Shown here piece by piece: positions 49,389 to 59,029 of a stretch of DNA of 64,000 nucleotides. The number at the start of each line of letters is the position of its first letter. Position 1 is the stretch's first letter. A program made the translations under genes and the position numbers. The stretch comes from Candidatus Methanomethylicia archaeon. GTDB lineage: Archaea > Thermoproteota > Methanomethylicia > Nezhaarchaeales > B40-G2. The notes under the pieces were generated by a model that ran no database searches, was not told where the DNA came from, and was given only the letters and a program-made list of their open reading frames with translations. Where the stretch lies: the NCBI GenBank assembly GCA_029259155.1, contig JAPDJI010000025.1, forward strand, positions 13,578 through 77,577, read 5' to 3'.

Positions 49389-50636
49389 TAGTTCTCTGAA
49401 CCCTAAGTTTAGGAGCTCCGCTATCTCCCTTAGCTCTTCCATAACATCACCATAAACCATCAATAAGTGCCCTCCTACTAATTTACTTAACAGCTCAACT
49501 GGCTCCTCCACCTCCACCTCTGCTTGGGTCCTGCAGAACCCTTCCTTCTTCAGGAATGACGCCTTCATGTAACCTTTGAAAGCTACTATCTCCTTCAATC
49601 CTTTATCTACATTAAAAAGCGTGACAGCCCCTCTTTTCAACTCCACATCCAGACCTGCTGGAAGCCCGCTTTCAAAATGTGGAAGGACGTCTATCCGTCT
49701 CTCGGCCATGGAGGCTGGCGCTGTACAGTGTGCTATTAGCAAAGTCCTACCGGTGTATGATGAGACGTTGGACATGAAGAACTCTCTCTTAAGTAGTTTA
49801 CGTGTCAAGACGCTTGCAGCTATGGACTGAATTTCTCCTTCACATACAGCTACGTAGCCTTCATCGCTTAATAAAGACATAGTAAGGCAGGGCGTGGAGC
49901 CTATCTTGCTCAGTAAATTGAAGCAGTTGAAGGTGAAGCCGTCGGCCCCTCTAGCTTCAAGTAGACTTTTGGTAGCCAAATACAACCTGATAGCCTTTGT
50001 TAAGCTCGTGTCTTTTATTGCCATCGAGGCTCTCAACCGTTTCTCCATCGTCTCCACCTCCTCTTCACCTACCTTTATGATGGCTTCCTCCAAGTCCTTG
50101 TATGGTACTTCCTCGATTTCCACGTTAAACATCTCGGCGAGTCTTTCTGGACTGGCTTCTTTAAGGTCAGCTCTCGCTGCCAGTCCCCCGAAGGATAGAA
50201 TCTTAGCTTTACTTTCTTCTCTGAGGGATTTAGCTTTCTCCAAGAATCTTCTGACTTCTTCTGCGTAGCCCTCTCTAACCATTACTATCTTTGCCATGGC
50301 TTGCTCCCTCAAGAGAGCATTGGCTTCAAGAGCTGAAGGGAGGGCGTTATGGCGGGGCGATGCTATGAAAATTAAAGGCTTAGCTACATCTTGCAGGATT
50401 TTCGCAGCTGATTTAGAAGTCCCTCCCGTTAGAAACACTATTATGGTCCCATGTACTCTTTTGCTGAGCTTTACTTCTCGGTAATGGGGTTGACCTACGA
50501 TGAGGTGTTCATGGAACTCTAAGCCTACGTCTCTCAATTTTTCTAGGCATTGTTCAAGATCTCTTCTCCACTCCTCCTCTGGATGAATTGGTGACGCAAA
50601 GGCCACTAAGTTTGTTCTCAAGTATCCCCCCAGCAA
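49386..50636 (-). CDS. L-fucose/L-arabinose isomerase-like protein
   Basis: TGGT, NALPSALE, CF...PCL, CEGE, AHCTAP, HFESG, CRTQ. Confidence 0.75.
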   Translation of the reverse strand: MLGGYLRTNLVAFASPIHPEEEWRRDLEQCLEKLRDVGLEFHEHLIVGQPHYREVKLSKRVHGTIIVFLTGGTSKSAAKILQDVAKPLIFIASPRHNALPSALEANALLREQAMAKIVMVREGYAEEVRRFLEKAKSLREESKAKILSFGGLAARADLKEASPERLAEMFNVEIEEVPYKDLEEAIIKVGEEEVETMEKRLRASMAIKDTSLTKAIRLYLATKSLLEARGADGFTFNCFNLLSKIGSTPCLTMSLLSDEGYVAVCEGEIQSIAASVLTRKLLKREFFMSNVSSYTGRTLLIAHCTAPASMAERRIDVLPHFESGLPAGLDVELKRGAVTLFNVDKGLKEIVAFKGYMKASFLKKEGFCRTQAEVEVEEPVELLSKLVGGHLLMVYGDVMEELREIAELLNLGFREL

Positions 50637-50681
50637 CCCTATTATCCCTCTAGGACTTAACTATTGAGCTCGGAGGTATTC

Positions 50682-51800
50682 TTGATACCTATCAACGTAC
50701 CTATAATGGGAGAAGAGGAAGTTCAAGCGGTAAGGGAGGTTCTAGAGTCTGGCAGGCTAACTGAATGGAGACCTGAAGGAGGACCTGCTGCAAGAAGGTT
50801 TGAGGAAGCTTTCGCCTCTTATATTGGAGTTAAACATGCTATCGCTGTAAACTCAGGTACAGCTGCGTTACATGCAGCTCTTCTTGCAATTGGTGTTGGT
50901 AAAGGAGATGAGGTGATAGTGCCAGCCTTTACTTTCGTAGCTACAGCTAACGCTGTATTACTGACTGGTGCGAAGCCGGTAATAGTGGATATAGACCTAG
51001 ACACTTATAATATTAGCTTGGAAGCGGTTAGGAAGGCGCTTACAAAGAGGACTAAAGCCGTGATACCCGTACACCTTTACGGCTTGCCTGTCGATATGGA
51101 CCCTGTTATGGAGTTGGCTGAGGAGAAAGGCCTCTACGTTATCGAGGATGCGGCTCAAGCTCATGGAGCTGAGTATAAGGGACGTAAAGTAGGTGGATTA
51201 GGCCACTTGGCTTGTTTTTCTTTCTATTCAAGCAAGGTGATAACCACGGGGGAGGGTGGAATGGTGACGACTAACGATGACGAACTAGCAGATAGGTTAA
51301 GGTCCATAAGGACACATGGACAAAGGAAGGGTTACGATACCGAGAGGCTCGGACATAATTATAGGATGCCAGAAGTTCAAGCAGCGATAGGCTTGGTGCA
51401 GCTTAATAGAATTGAAAATTTCCTCCGCTCAAGGAGGAGGAACGCTGAGATCCTGTCGGAGGGGCTTTCAGGCCTTGAGGGTACTCATTTGCCCATAGAG
51501 CCTCGAGGATTCAAGCACTGCTGGTATCTATACACGGTACGTGTGGAGGATCAAAAGAAGAGAGATAAGGTGGTGAGAGAGCTAAATAAGGTAGGAATAG
51601 GGGCCGCTGTATATTACAGGACGCCTATACATCGCACTCCCCTACACCTGAAGGTAGCTAGGAAGGTACGACCAGTTAACGCGGAGTTAGCTTCGCGAAC
51701 AGTGTTTCAGTTACCAGTTCATCCAAAGGTCACCGAGGAACAAGCTAAATGGATAGCTAATGAGACGGTTAAGCTTCTTAGGAGGAAATTGGCTGAGTGA
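50682..51800 (+). CDS. DegT/DnrJ/EryC1/StrS PLP-dependent aminotransferase
   Basis: NSGTAALH, PVHLYG, IEDAAQAHG, FSFYSSKVITTGEGG. Confidence 0.93.
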   Translation: MIPINVPIMGEEEVQAVREVLESGRLTEWRPEGGPAARRFEEAFASYIGVKHAIAVNSGTAALHAALLAIGVGKGDEVIVPAFTFVATANAVLLTGAKPVIVDIDLDTYNISLEAVRKALTKRTKAVIPVHLYGLPVDMDPVMELAEEKGLYVIEDAAQAHGAEYKGRKVGGLGHLACFSFYSSKVITTGEGGMVTTNDDELADRLRSIRTHGQRKGYDTERLGHNYRMPEVQAAIGLVQLNRIENFLRSRRRNAEILSEGLSGLEGTHLPIEPRGFKHCWYLYTVRVEDQKKRDKVVRELNKVGIGAAVYYRTPIHRTPLHLKVARKVRPVNAELASRTVFQLPVHPKVTEEQAKWIANETVKLLRRKLAE

Positions 51801-52684
51801 GACGCATAACATCGGGAAGACTGATCCAGGCGGCCTCACGCAGATATAAACCCATAAGGCTAGTAATGGACCTTTGGCTGCCGGGCATGGATGCTTCAAG
51901 TAAACTGATTGAAGCTTTGAAGGGTAAAGCAAACAACGGAGACATACTGGTAGTTTCGGAGAAGGCACTATCAGTATCTAAAGGCCTGGTTGTTGATGAA
52001 GCTTCCATAAAGCCCTCTATTCTCTCCATGGTGATTACCCTCCTATTGATGAGGATTGTATGGGGGTACCTTCTAGGCCCTTTATGTAGACTTAAGCCTT
52101 ATACCTTAGAGTGGCTTAGAGCCTACCCTCTAAGGGAAGGTTCTCGTCATAAACAGCTTGCCGCGAAGCTGGGAGGTTTACTAGAGGTTCTTAAACCCTC
52201 GTCAGAGGCTGGAGTGGATGCAAGTAACTTACCAGGTAGCCTTGTAGCTCTTCCTCTTTTCAACCCTTTAAGAGAGGCGGAAGAGTTGAGGTCTAAGATA
52301 AAGAAGTGTTTAGGTATAAATGTGACGGTAGTGATCTCGGATAGCGATAGGCTCTATATACATCGTTCCTCAGGTTTTGCATTGACAAGTCGCCGTTCAG
52401 CCTTGAAGAGATCTCTTTATCTAGGTTTCTTAGCCTACATTATCGGCAGGACATTTAGAGGGAAATTTGCGCCATTTGCTACCCCATTGGCCGTGGTTGG
52501 GGAGCAGCTTGATAGTTTCATGTTACTTGGCTTGACAGAGCTAGCTGATAGGCTTAGGGGCTCTGGTGCTGGAAGAACTGTGTTTGAGATGGCTGAGAGG
52601 TTTGAAGTAGGTTTAGAGGAAGTTACTTGGAGGATGTTAAGTTCGATTAAACATTGCCCTGCGGTCCTGTTTAAGCCTCGTTGA
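51797..52684 (+). CDS. CofE-like gamma-glutamyl ligase paralog
   Basis: GDILVVSEKALS, GVDASNLPG, VVISDSD. Confidence 0.7.
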   Translation: MRRITSGRLIQAASRRYKPIRLVMDLWLPGMDASSKLIEALKGKANNGDILVVSEKALSVSKGLVVDEASIKPSILSMVITLLLMRIVWGYLLGPLCRLKPYTLEWLRAYPLREGSRHKQLAAKLGGLLEVLKPSSEAGVDASNLPGSLVALPLFNPLREAEELRSKIKKCLGINVTVVISDSDRLYIHRSSGFALTSRRSALKRSLYLGFLAYIIGRTFRGKFAPFATPLAVVGEQLDSFMLLGLTELADRLRGSGAGRTVFEMAERFEVGLEEVTWRMLSSIKHCPAVLFKPR

Positions 52685-53102
52685 TTAATGAAGCCTCGCT
52701 GCGGAGCGGTATGGTCATTACCTCTACCTGTTCTATACCTCTAAGCGTAGATAGTTTGCCTGTAAGTTCCTTTATGCGCTCTCCTTTCCCTTTAATTACG
52801 AGTATCTCTAAGCAATTTTCCTCCTCGAGGTGCATGTGTACCTCGGTGGCTATGACGTCATCGAACTCGTGCTTAAGTACATCCAACACGTCTGCCTTCA
52901 CTTTTCCTTTAAGGTAGGTGAACATCAAAGTGGCTATGAAGGAACCCTTAAGGTCTGTTAGCCACTTACGCTTTGAAAGAAAGCTTCTAAGAGAAGCTCG
53001 AACTACTTCTGATCGGCTAGAATATCCTTCATCCTCAACGACCCTATCCAGCTCCCATAGTAAGCTATCCGGTAAGGCTAAACTTATGATCGCCACCTTC
53101 AA
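52671..53102 (-). CDS. nikR: Nickel-responsive regulator NikR family
   Basis: RHH GYSSRSEVVR; H...HMH...CLE Ni site. Confidence 0.85.
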   Translation of the reverse strand: MKVAIISLALPDSLLWELDRVVEDEGYSSRSEVVRASLRSFLSKRKWLTDLKGSFIATLMFTYLKGKVKADVLDVLKHEFDDVIATEVHMHLEEENCLEILVIKGKGERIKELTGKLSTLRGIEQVEVMTIPLRSEASLINEA

Positions 53103-53107
53103 CCCCT

Positions 53108-54061
53108 TTAAGCGTCTCTAACTCCCTCATCGGTTATCATGAAGACGACCTCTCCTTCAGGAAGATAAGGTGAATCCACCAACCTAGCTATACGCTTTTC
53201 CCCCTTAGATTTCCTAAGGTAAACTCTTGCACCTGGAGCATGAGCGAGTATATGTCCTCCTACAGCTGCTGTAGGGTCGCCGAAGAACATGTCGGGCCTT
53301 GCCATCACCTGGTTGGTCGCCACTACGCACAGCTCATATGCATCTGCTAATCTAGAAAGCTCGTGAAGGTGGCGGTTAAGCTTCTGTTGCCTAGCTGCTA
53401 GGGCTTCCCTGCCAGGGTATTCAGCTCTAAAGTGACCTGTAATGCTGTCTATGACGAGGAGCTTTACGTTTTGTTCTGGTACAAGCTCCTTAGCTTTCTC
53501 CACCAACAACATTTGGTGATCGGTGTTGAAGGCTCTGGCCACGATTATGTTCTTAAGAGCTTGTTGAGGATCCAGGTTCAAGGCCCTTGCCATTGCTATT
53601 ATCCTTTCCGGCCTAAACGTGCCTTCAGAGTCGATGTAAAGGGCTTTTCCTTCAAGTCCTCCCGCCTCGCGAGGTAGTTGTACGTTAACACATAGTTGAT
53701 GGCAGAGCTGGGTTTTACCTGTCCCAAATTCTCCATAAAACTCGGTTATGGTTTGAGTTTCAACACCACCACCAAGTAGCTTGTCCAGATTCTTGCTACC
53801 TGTAGTAAGCTTAGCTACCTTGAGCCTTCTGGCGTAGATTTCATCCGCGGTCTTAAAGCCGATATCGAGAGCCTCCCTAGCTGCAGCTATGATTTTCTGA
53901 GCAGCGGCTACTGAAAGGCCGGTTACTGCACTAAGTTCTTGAGGTGAAGCGACAGCTATGGCTTCGAACGTTTTAAACCCGGCTTCCAATAGCTTCTCTG
54001 CCGTGGCGGGGCCTACACCTGGTAGGTCGGTTAAATCTCTAGGTCTTGAAGGTTTGCTCAA
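53108..54061 (-). CDS. radA: DNA repair and recombination protein RadA
   Basis: Hh[39 protein letters not shown]; TTG start after AGGTG. Confidence 0.96.
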   Translation of the reverse strand: MSKPSRPRDLTDLPGVGPATAEKLLEAGFKTFEAIAVASPQELSAVTGLSVAAAQKIIAAAREALDIGFKTADEIYARRLKVAKLTTGSKNLDKLLGGGVETQTITEFYGEFGTGKTQLCHQLCVNVQLPREAGGLEGKALYIDSEGTFRPERIIAMARALNLDPQQALKNIIVARAFNTDHQMLLVEKAKELVPEQNVKLLVIDSITGHFRAEYPGREALAARQQKLNRHLHELSRLADAYELCVVATNQVMARPDMFFGDPTAAVGGHILAHAPGARVYLRKSKGEKRIARLVDSPYLPEGEVVFMITDEGVRDA

Positions 54062-54144
54062 CTTACACACCTTGAGGTATTGCCTCAAAATAAGTTAGCT
54101 TAGACCGAGATAAATACTTCTTTTCAGCCAGGGCTATCTTTCCA

Positions 54145-54417
54145 CTAAACGATGTAGCTTTTAGCAACTCTGGGGGCAGACCATCTCCTTCGTCCTTTAA
54201 ACCGGAAGAATTTACCTCTCTTTTCTATGGCATCTCTCGTAAGCAACCTATTGAGAGCTGACGCCACTAGGTCTAAGTTGTCGCCTACCTTAACCGCTAT
54301 GAAGCGCATGGTGGCACCCCTCTTCCTTGATCTTAAGAACTGGAGGATTCTTTCTTCTACGTCGTTCTCTAAGCCTCCTGCACTATTAATAGCGGCTTCT
54401 TTCCTCATTTTCGTCAC
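54145..54417 (-). CDS. Small basic winged-helix protein
   Basis: RILQFLRS...ATMRFIA...VASALNRL...IEKRG wHTH-like pattern. Confidence 0.55.
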   Translation of the reverse strand: MTKMRKEAAINSAGGLENDVEERILQFLRSRKRGATMRFIAVKVGDNLDLVASALNRLLTRDAIEKRGKFFRFKGRRRWSAPRVAKSYIV

Positions 54418-54475
54418 CGTTCAAGAATAGTTCCTTCGACCTTTTAACGCTCAGAGTTTAAACTAAGTAATAATG

Positions 54476-54505
54476 CTCCAGAGATTAGCTCTAGCATCTC
54501 TGGAG
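54476..54505. repeat. Perfect 10-bp inverted repeat downstream of cdc6
   Basis: CTCCAGAGAT-N10-ATCTCTGGAG. Confidence 0.8.
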
Positions 54506-54557
54506 GTTTTTCCATCTTTAAATCTACATAAATGTCGGAGTTTGATGCTTAACTCCT

Positions 54558-55727
54558 TTAAGCAGGCCACCTCAGCCTTCCAGTATTCAGTAGTTCAACA
54601 AGTGCTTGTTCAAGCATAGAAGCTGGAGCATCGAGAAGCCCTACTTGGCCTTCCTTAATTACTATGAGCCCTTGACTATGTAGAGCATAAAGGTCCTCAA
54701 CCACTTCGTCGCTCGGCTTAACCTCATATTCCTCGCAGATTAGACGGTAATCCTTCATTAAAGCCTCAAAGGAGGCGTAGGCCTGCTCCACTCTTTTAAA
54801 GTATCGAGCTACGGCTAGAAGTAGTAATCTTTGATGTAGACTCAAAGCATAAAGCTCCTCTCTCCTTATCTCGGGATGGATCTCAGCCTTAGCTTTCCTA
54901 ACATGTTCGAGCAGTACTTGATCTAAACCCTCCACGTCAGCATATTTTCCTGCTCTCCAAGCTAGTTCTAGGGCATAACGAGCATCCCCCCAAGGAGACG
55001 CTAAGTCAGCTATCATCCGAATTACCTCGCGGCTAACAGCATTAGGCTGAAAAGCTTCCTCAACGCGCTCGCTTACTATATCGTAGAGCTCCTCCATACC
55101 ATACTTATTGAACCTCACAATGCTGGCCTTGAAGGTGCTTTGAGAAGCCTTATCGAGGGATTCCAAAAAACTTTCATCCCTTGAGATGAGTATTAGGTGA
55201 AGCCTCTTAGCCCCCCTAAACTGTTCATGGATTCTCGATAGGTCGTAAACAACATCCTTCACCTGTCTAGCCATGAGGTAATGGGCTTCGTCAAGGGTAA
55301 GAATCAACTGTAGATCTCCCTGTTCTAGGCAGTGCCAAAGAGCTTTTAACATGTCAACGTAGCTTAACCCCCTCCTGGGGAAGGATGGTATGAGAGCCGT
55401 AAGCACCGAGTTCAGCACCTCTCTACCATCCTTCAACACCCTGGTGTTGAGATAGACATACCTTAAGTTTACCTTGATTCTCCTAGCCTCCTCGGCCATG
55501 ACTTCTCCTAACTTTAAGGCGACTGCTGTTTTGCCGGTACCAGTGCTACCTAATAGTACAGCTCGACAAGCTTTTGAACCAGGATTTATAAGTACAGAAC
55601 TGAAGAGTGCTAGCAGCTGTTTAAGTTGTTCTTCACGGTGCGGGAGTCTAGGCGGAACGTAATGTATGTCCAGCTTGCTTTCGTCTTTAAACACAGAAGG
55701 CCTGAAGATAATCTCTCGTAGCCCCAC
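54558..55727 (-). CDS. cdc6: Orc1/Cdc6 replication initiator
   Basis: YVPPRLPHREEQ, GSTGTGKT, LDEAH, GDARYALE, C-terminal wHTH. Confidence 0.92.
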   Translation of the reverse strand: MGLREIIFRPSVFKDESKLDIHYVPPRLPHREEQLKQLLALFSSVLINPGSKACRAVLLGSTGTGKTAVALKLGEVMAEEARRIKVNLRYVYLNTRVLKDGREVLNSVLTALIPSFPRRGLSYVDMLKALWHCLEQGDLQLILTLDEAHYLMARQVKDVVYDLSRIHEQFRGAKRLHLILISRDESFLESLDKASQSTFKASIVRFNKYGMEELYDIVSERVEEAFQPNAVSREVIRMIADLASPWGDARYALELAWRAGKYADVEGLDQVLLEHVRKAKAEIHPEIRREELYALSLHQRLLLLAVARYFKRVEQAYASFEALMKDYRLICEEYEVKPSDEVVEDLYALHSQGLIVIKEGQVGLLDAPASMLEQALVELLNTGRLRWPA

Positions 55728-55813
55728 AGAACTCCCCTTAAGCGTGGAAGGTTTTTAACGTTGTTCACTTAACCCTAGGTCTTAAATACTCAATTTTTCA
55801 TAGCCCTTTAGCG

Positions 55814-56824
55814 ATGGATCCTACATGGACTGTACAATGGTTTAAATCGATACTCATACTGCTCGACGACCTCTCAGTGTCCATAGATCCCTCCTCGTCT
55901 ATAGGCGGGGGGGACTATGTGTTGATCTCGCATGCTCACGGAGACCACGTGGCCGGGTTTAGGTCAAAGGGCTCTAAGATATGTAGCTCGTTAACTGCTG
56001 AACTTTACTCGGTGTGCTATGGAGGTAGGGTTAACGAAGCAACGCTTTTACACCTGCCAGCCGCTTTAAAGCTAGACAGCTTATCAATAGAACTTAAAGA
56101 AGCAGGACACATACTTGGCTCAGCTCAGTTTCTCCTATCTCACCCTGAACATGGAGTGCTAGTATACACAGGAGATTTAAACGTTGAAGGCTCCATAGTT
56201 ACGAGTCCCGCCGACGTGCTCAATTGCGACGTGCTGATCGTGGATGCTACCTTCGGCCATCCTCACCTGAAGTTTCCCCCTCGCGAAAGACTCTACGAAA
56301 GCATAGCTACGTGGACGCAGAGCGTAGTGAATGCCGGAGGCACTGCAGTGCTTTATGCTCATCCTTTAGGTAAGGCCCAGGAGTTGGTAAAGGTGCTTAA
56401 TCAATATGTTGACATAGAGCCTGCGGTTCACCCTAAAATAGCTAAGGTTAATGAAGTATATGCGAAAGCCGGAGTTAAGTTAAGGTACATTGAGGAGGAC
56501 CGTGAGGTACGTGAGGCTCTAAGAGGAGGGGGCGCTTACATCGTTCCTCTCAGACCTAGACCTTCGAAGCTTGAAGCAGCCAACCCCTATAAAGCAGTGG
56601 TTACAGGCTGGGCTGCAGTATTTGAGTACAATGCCTTTGACAAGGCTTTTCCTCTCAGTGGACATTCCTCTTTCCCCACGCTCATAGAGTATGTGAAGCA
56701 AGTTGGGGCGAGGCGCGTGTATACCTTAGGGTACTACGCTGAGGAGATGGCCAATTGGATACGTAAAAGGTTGAGGATAGAGGCTTGCTCGCTAGCAAGT
56801 AGGCTAATAAATAGGGCGGGGTAG
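55814..56824 (+). CDS. Metallo-beta-lactamase/beta-CASP nuclease
   Basis: ISHAHGDH, AGHILGS, YTGD, DATFG, LGKAQE, SGHS. Confidence 0.88.
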   Translation: MDPTWTVQWFKSILILLDDLSVSIDPSSSIGGGDYVLISHAHGDHVAGFRSKGSKICSSLTAELYSVCYGGRVNEATLLHLPAALKLDSLSIELKEAGHILGSAQFLLSHPEHGVLVYTGDLNVEGSIVTSPADVLNCDVLIVDATFGHPHLKFPPRERLYESIATWTQSVVNAGGTAVLYAHPLGKAQELVKVLNQYVDIEPAVHPKIAKVNEVYAKAGVKLRYIEEDREVREALRGGGAYIVPLRPRPSKLEAANPYKAVVTGWAAVFEYNAFDKAFPLSGHSSFPTLIEYVKQVGARRVYTLGYYAEEMANWIRKRLRIEACSLASRLINRAG

Positions 56825-56827
56825 GGC

Positions 56828-57763
56828 TTACATGCCCTTGTAGATGTTCTTTGCAGCCTCCACAGCCTCTTTATGGTAGATCTTGAAGGGTCCTAGGCTT
56901 CCACCAAAGTTCGCCGCAGTTACCATTTTAATCCCTTTTACGTCACAAGCGGCTAATACACCTACTCCCTGAGCTATCTTCACTAGGTTGGCGTTCAGGC
57001 CGTTGATTACTATCTCCAACACGCTATTAACGCCTGGGGGCACTTTAGAGTCAGGTACTTTATCTCGTATGGCTGGGCAGTAGAGATGGTTAGTGGAGGC
57101 TGGGAGCTTAGGATACTTTAGTGACCCCACCTTTGAACCGCTCCTAACGATGCCTCCAGGGAATGGCATAACTACGCCTTTACAGTATTTCTTGATCGCC
57201 TCTACAGCTTTTGTGGCTCCCTCGAGCGTTACATCTTCATCCTCCCCTAGGACAAGCAGGTTTCCTCCAGCTACTGCTTTAACGACGCCTAGCGTATCCT
57301 CGACATAGAACCAGCCTTGCATCACAGGGATCTTATACACTTTTCTTCCACCCATCTCTTCGATGGTCTCGAAACCATCGCCAAACTTGCCTACAGCACT
57401 GCCGATATGCATCTTGCGCTTGGCCTTAGGGAGCCCGTCGAAGGCTCTAGCCGTAGGGCATGTGAGGATACATTGTCCTAACCTCGCTAATACCTGAAAT
57501 TTCAGCTCAGGAACAGACCTATGGTAAATGTGTATTAGTGCTCCTGGTCTACCATCAGGTGTTTCGCTTGGAGGTACTAATCTTTCAATTCCTGCCTCTG
57601 CAGGGGACATTATGATGGAGCTAGCAAAGCCTGTAGCTACCTGAGCTGCGGTTAAAGCCCATTTTTCATCTTTAGCGGTGATAAGAATCCTCGTCCCTAC
57701 CATGGGGAAAGCCTCAGCGAAAGTATCTTCTACGTCGACTTCGTTCACCTTGAAGAAGGACAC
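56828..57763 (-). CDS. ftr: Formylmethanofuran:H4MPT formyltransferase
   Basis: EDTFAEAF, TPDGRPG, GQCILTCPT, FGDG, PGGIVRSGSKVGS, EIVING. Confidence 0.95.
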   Translation of the reverse strand: MSFFKVNEVDVEDTFAEAFPMVGTRILITAKDEKWALTAAQVATGFASSIIMSPAEAGIERLVPPSETPDGRPGALIHIYHRSVPELKFQVLARLGQCILTCPTARAFDGLPKAKRKMHIGSAVGKFGDGFETIEEMGGRKVYKIPVMQGWFYVEDTLGVVKAVAGGNLLVLGEDEDVTLEGATKAVEAIKKYCKGVVMPFPGGIVRSGSKVGSLKYPKLPASTNHLYCPAIRDKVPDSKVPPGVNSVLEIVINGLNANLVKIAQGVGVLAACDVKGIKMVTAANFGGSLGPFKIYHKEAVEAAKNIYKGM

Positions 57764-57884
57764 GCTCCCTTCACCCCCCAGCATCAAGACTGTAGTAGAG
57801 GCTACGTGAAAGGGTATAAAAGTTCTTGGGTTCTACATGAAGGGAAAGAATAAGTGCTCCCTGAAACCTCTCCTTTAAAGGTGC

Positions 57885-58265
57885 GTGGACTTATTGAACG
57901 AGTGGATTAGCGCCAGTAAGGAAACGCTTAAACTCATAGGTGACATGGCTTCCAAGAAGCCTAGAGATAGATTGGACTTACTCAACCTCATGAATCTATC
58001 CCTCTATGCTATGGCCAAGAGCTTACTGGACTGGTATCAGCGCTTAGAGAATCCTGAGACCTTATCGATGTTAAGCGACGAGGAACTACAGGAATTGGCA
58101 GGTAAGATAAGTAAAATCGCTAAGGAGTTCGTTAAGTATGATATCAAGACCACTAGGAGGTTCTCTAAAAGAGGCGTCAAAAGCGACGAGTTAAAAACCT
58201 TCGAGGACCTATACTCTCAAAGCCTAGAGGATCTACTATCGTTTGAAGATGAAGAAGGATACTAG
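57885..58265 (+). CDS. Conserved archaeal helical protein (DUF2153-like)
   Basis: DRLDL...W...L.EL...F.KYD pattern, recognised from memory of the family. Confidence 0.6.
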   Translation: MDLLNEWISASKETLKLIGDMASKKPRDRLDLLNLMNLSLYAMAKSLLDWYQRLENPETLSMLSDEELQELAGKISKIAKEFVKYDIKTTRRFSKRGVKSDELKTFEDLYSQSLEDLLSFEDEEGY

Positions 58266-59017
58266 TAGATATAGTTGAAGAACTTAGAAGGTTTCTCCTC
58301 GCTTGTTTTCCTTATCCTGTCTACCAGCTCCAGCATGGTTTCTGCCTCTGCCCTTAGTCTCTCGAGTTCTAGATCTATCCCTGTGAGTTTACATAGCGTT
58401 TTAAGAGTTAGGTAAGCGGTCTTTAAGTCAGGTGACCTCAACTGTGTCAGGGTCGAGTAGCGCTGGAAGGGTACATGGCCCCATAGGCTCATTGCTTTCA
58501 CTCCTCGCTCTCCACATCGACGTATGATAACTGTGTAGATGCTGCAAGGGCCCTCGTAATTTATCAACTCGGCCCCCACAACCCTAGCCTCCTCTTTAAG
58601 TTCAGGAGAGCTTACTACGGCTGATACCTTCGACTCCTCCACGTAGTCAATTAAACCTCCAAGAGTATAGAGAGAGGACACGTTGGCCTCCTCTATAATC
58701 TCCATAACTTCCTCCACGTAGTCTTCCCAGTTTATGTTGGGCTCCTCTCCTCTTAAGGCTAATAGCCCGGCTTTCTTCGAAACGTAAAGCTCCGTGCAGG
58801 GATACTTAACCTCCTCAACGAGACCTGTCCTTATGACCGTGATCGGCCGGCTTGTCGAAAGCACGTATAGACCTCTTTTAAGCGATGTTAGCTTCTTAGC
58901 CCCCGTCTTCTTAATGAGGTAATCTATGCTAAAGCTAGCGACTCCAGCTGCATCAGTGTAGCCTGAGAAGCCAATAACCATTATGGGGTTCTTTAATGAT
59001 CTAAGGTTAGCCCTCAA
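58262..59017 (-). CDS. PAC2 family (proteasome assembly chaperone-like)
   Basis: GFSGYTDAAG, SRP, GEEPNINW, TLGG, YEGP, SLWGHVP. Confidence 0.82.
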   Translation of the reverse strand: MRANLRSLKNPIMVIGFSGYTDAAGVASFSIDYLIKKTGAKKLTSLKRGLYVLSTSRPITVIRTGLVEEVKYPCTELYVSKKAGLLALRGEEPNINWEDYVEEVMEIIEEANVSSLYTLGGLIDYVEESKVSAVVSSPELKEEARVVGAELINYEGPCSIYTVIIRRCGERGVKAMSLWGHVPFQRYSTLTQLRSPDLKTAYLTLKTLCKLTGIDLELERLRAEAETMLELVDRIRKTSEEKPSKFFNYIY

Positions 59018-59029
59018 CCCTAGTCCTCC

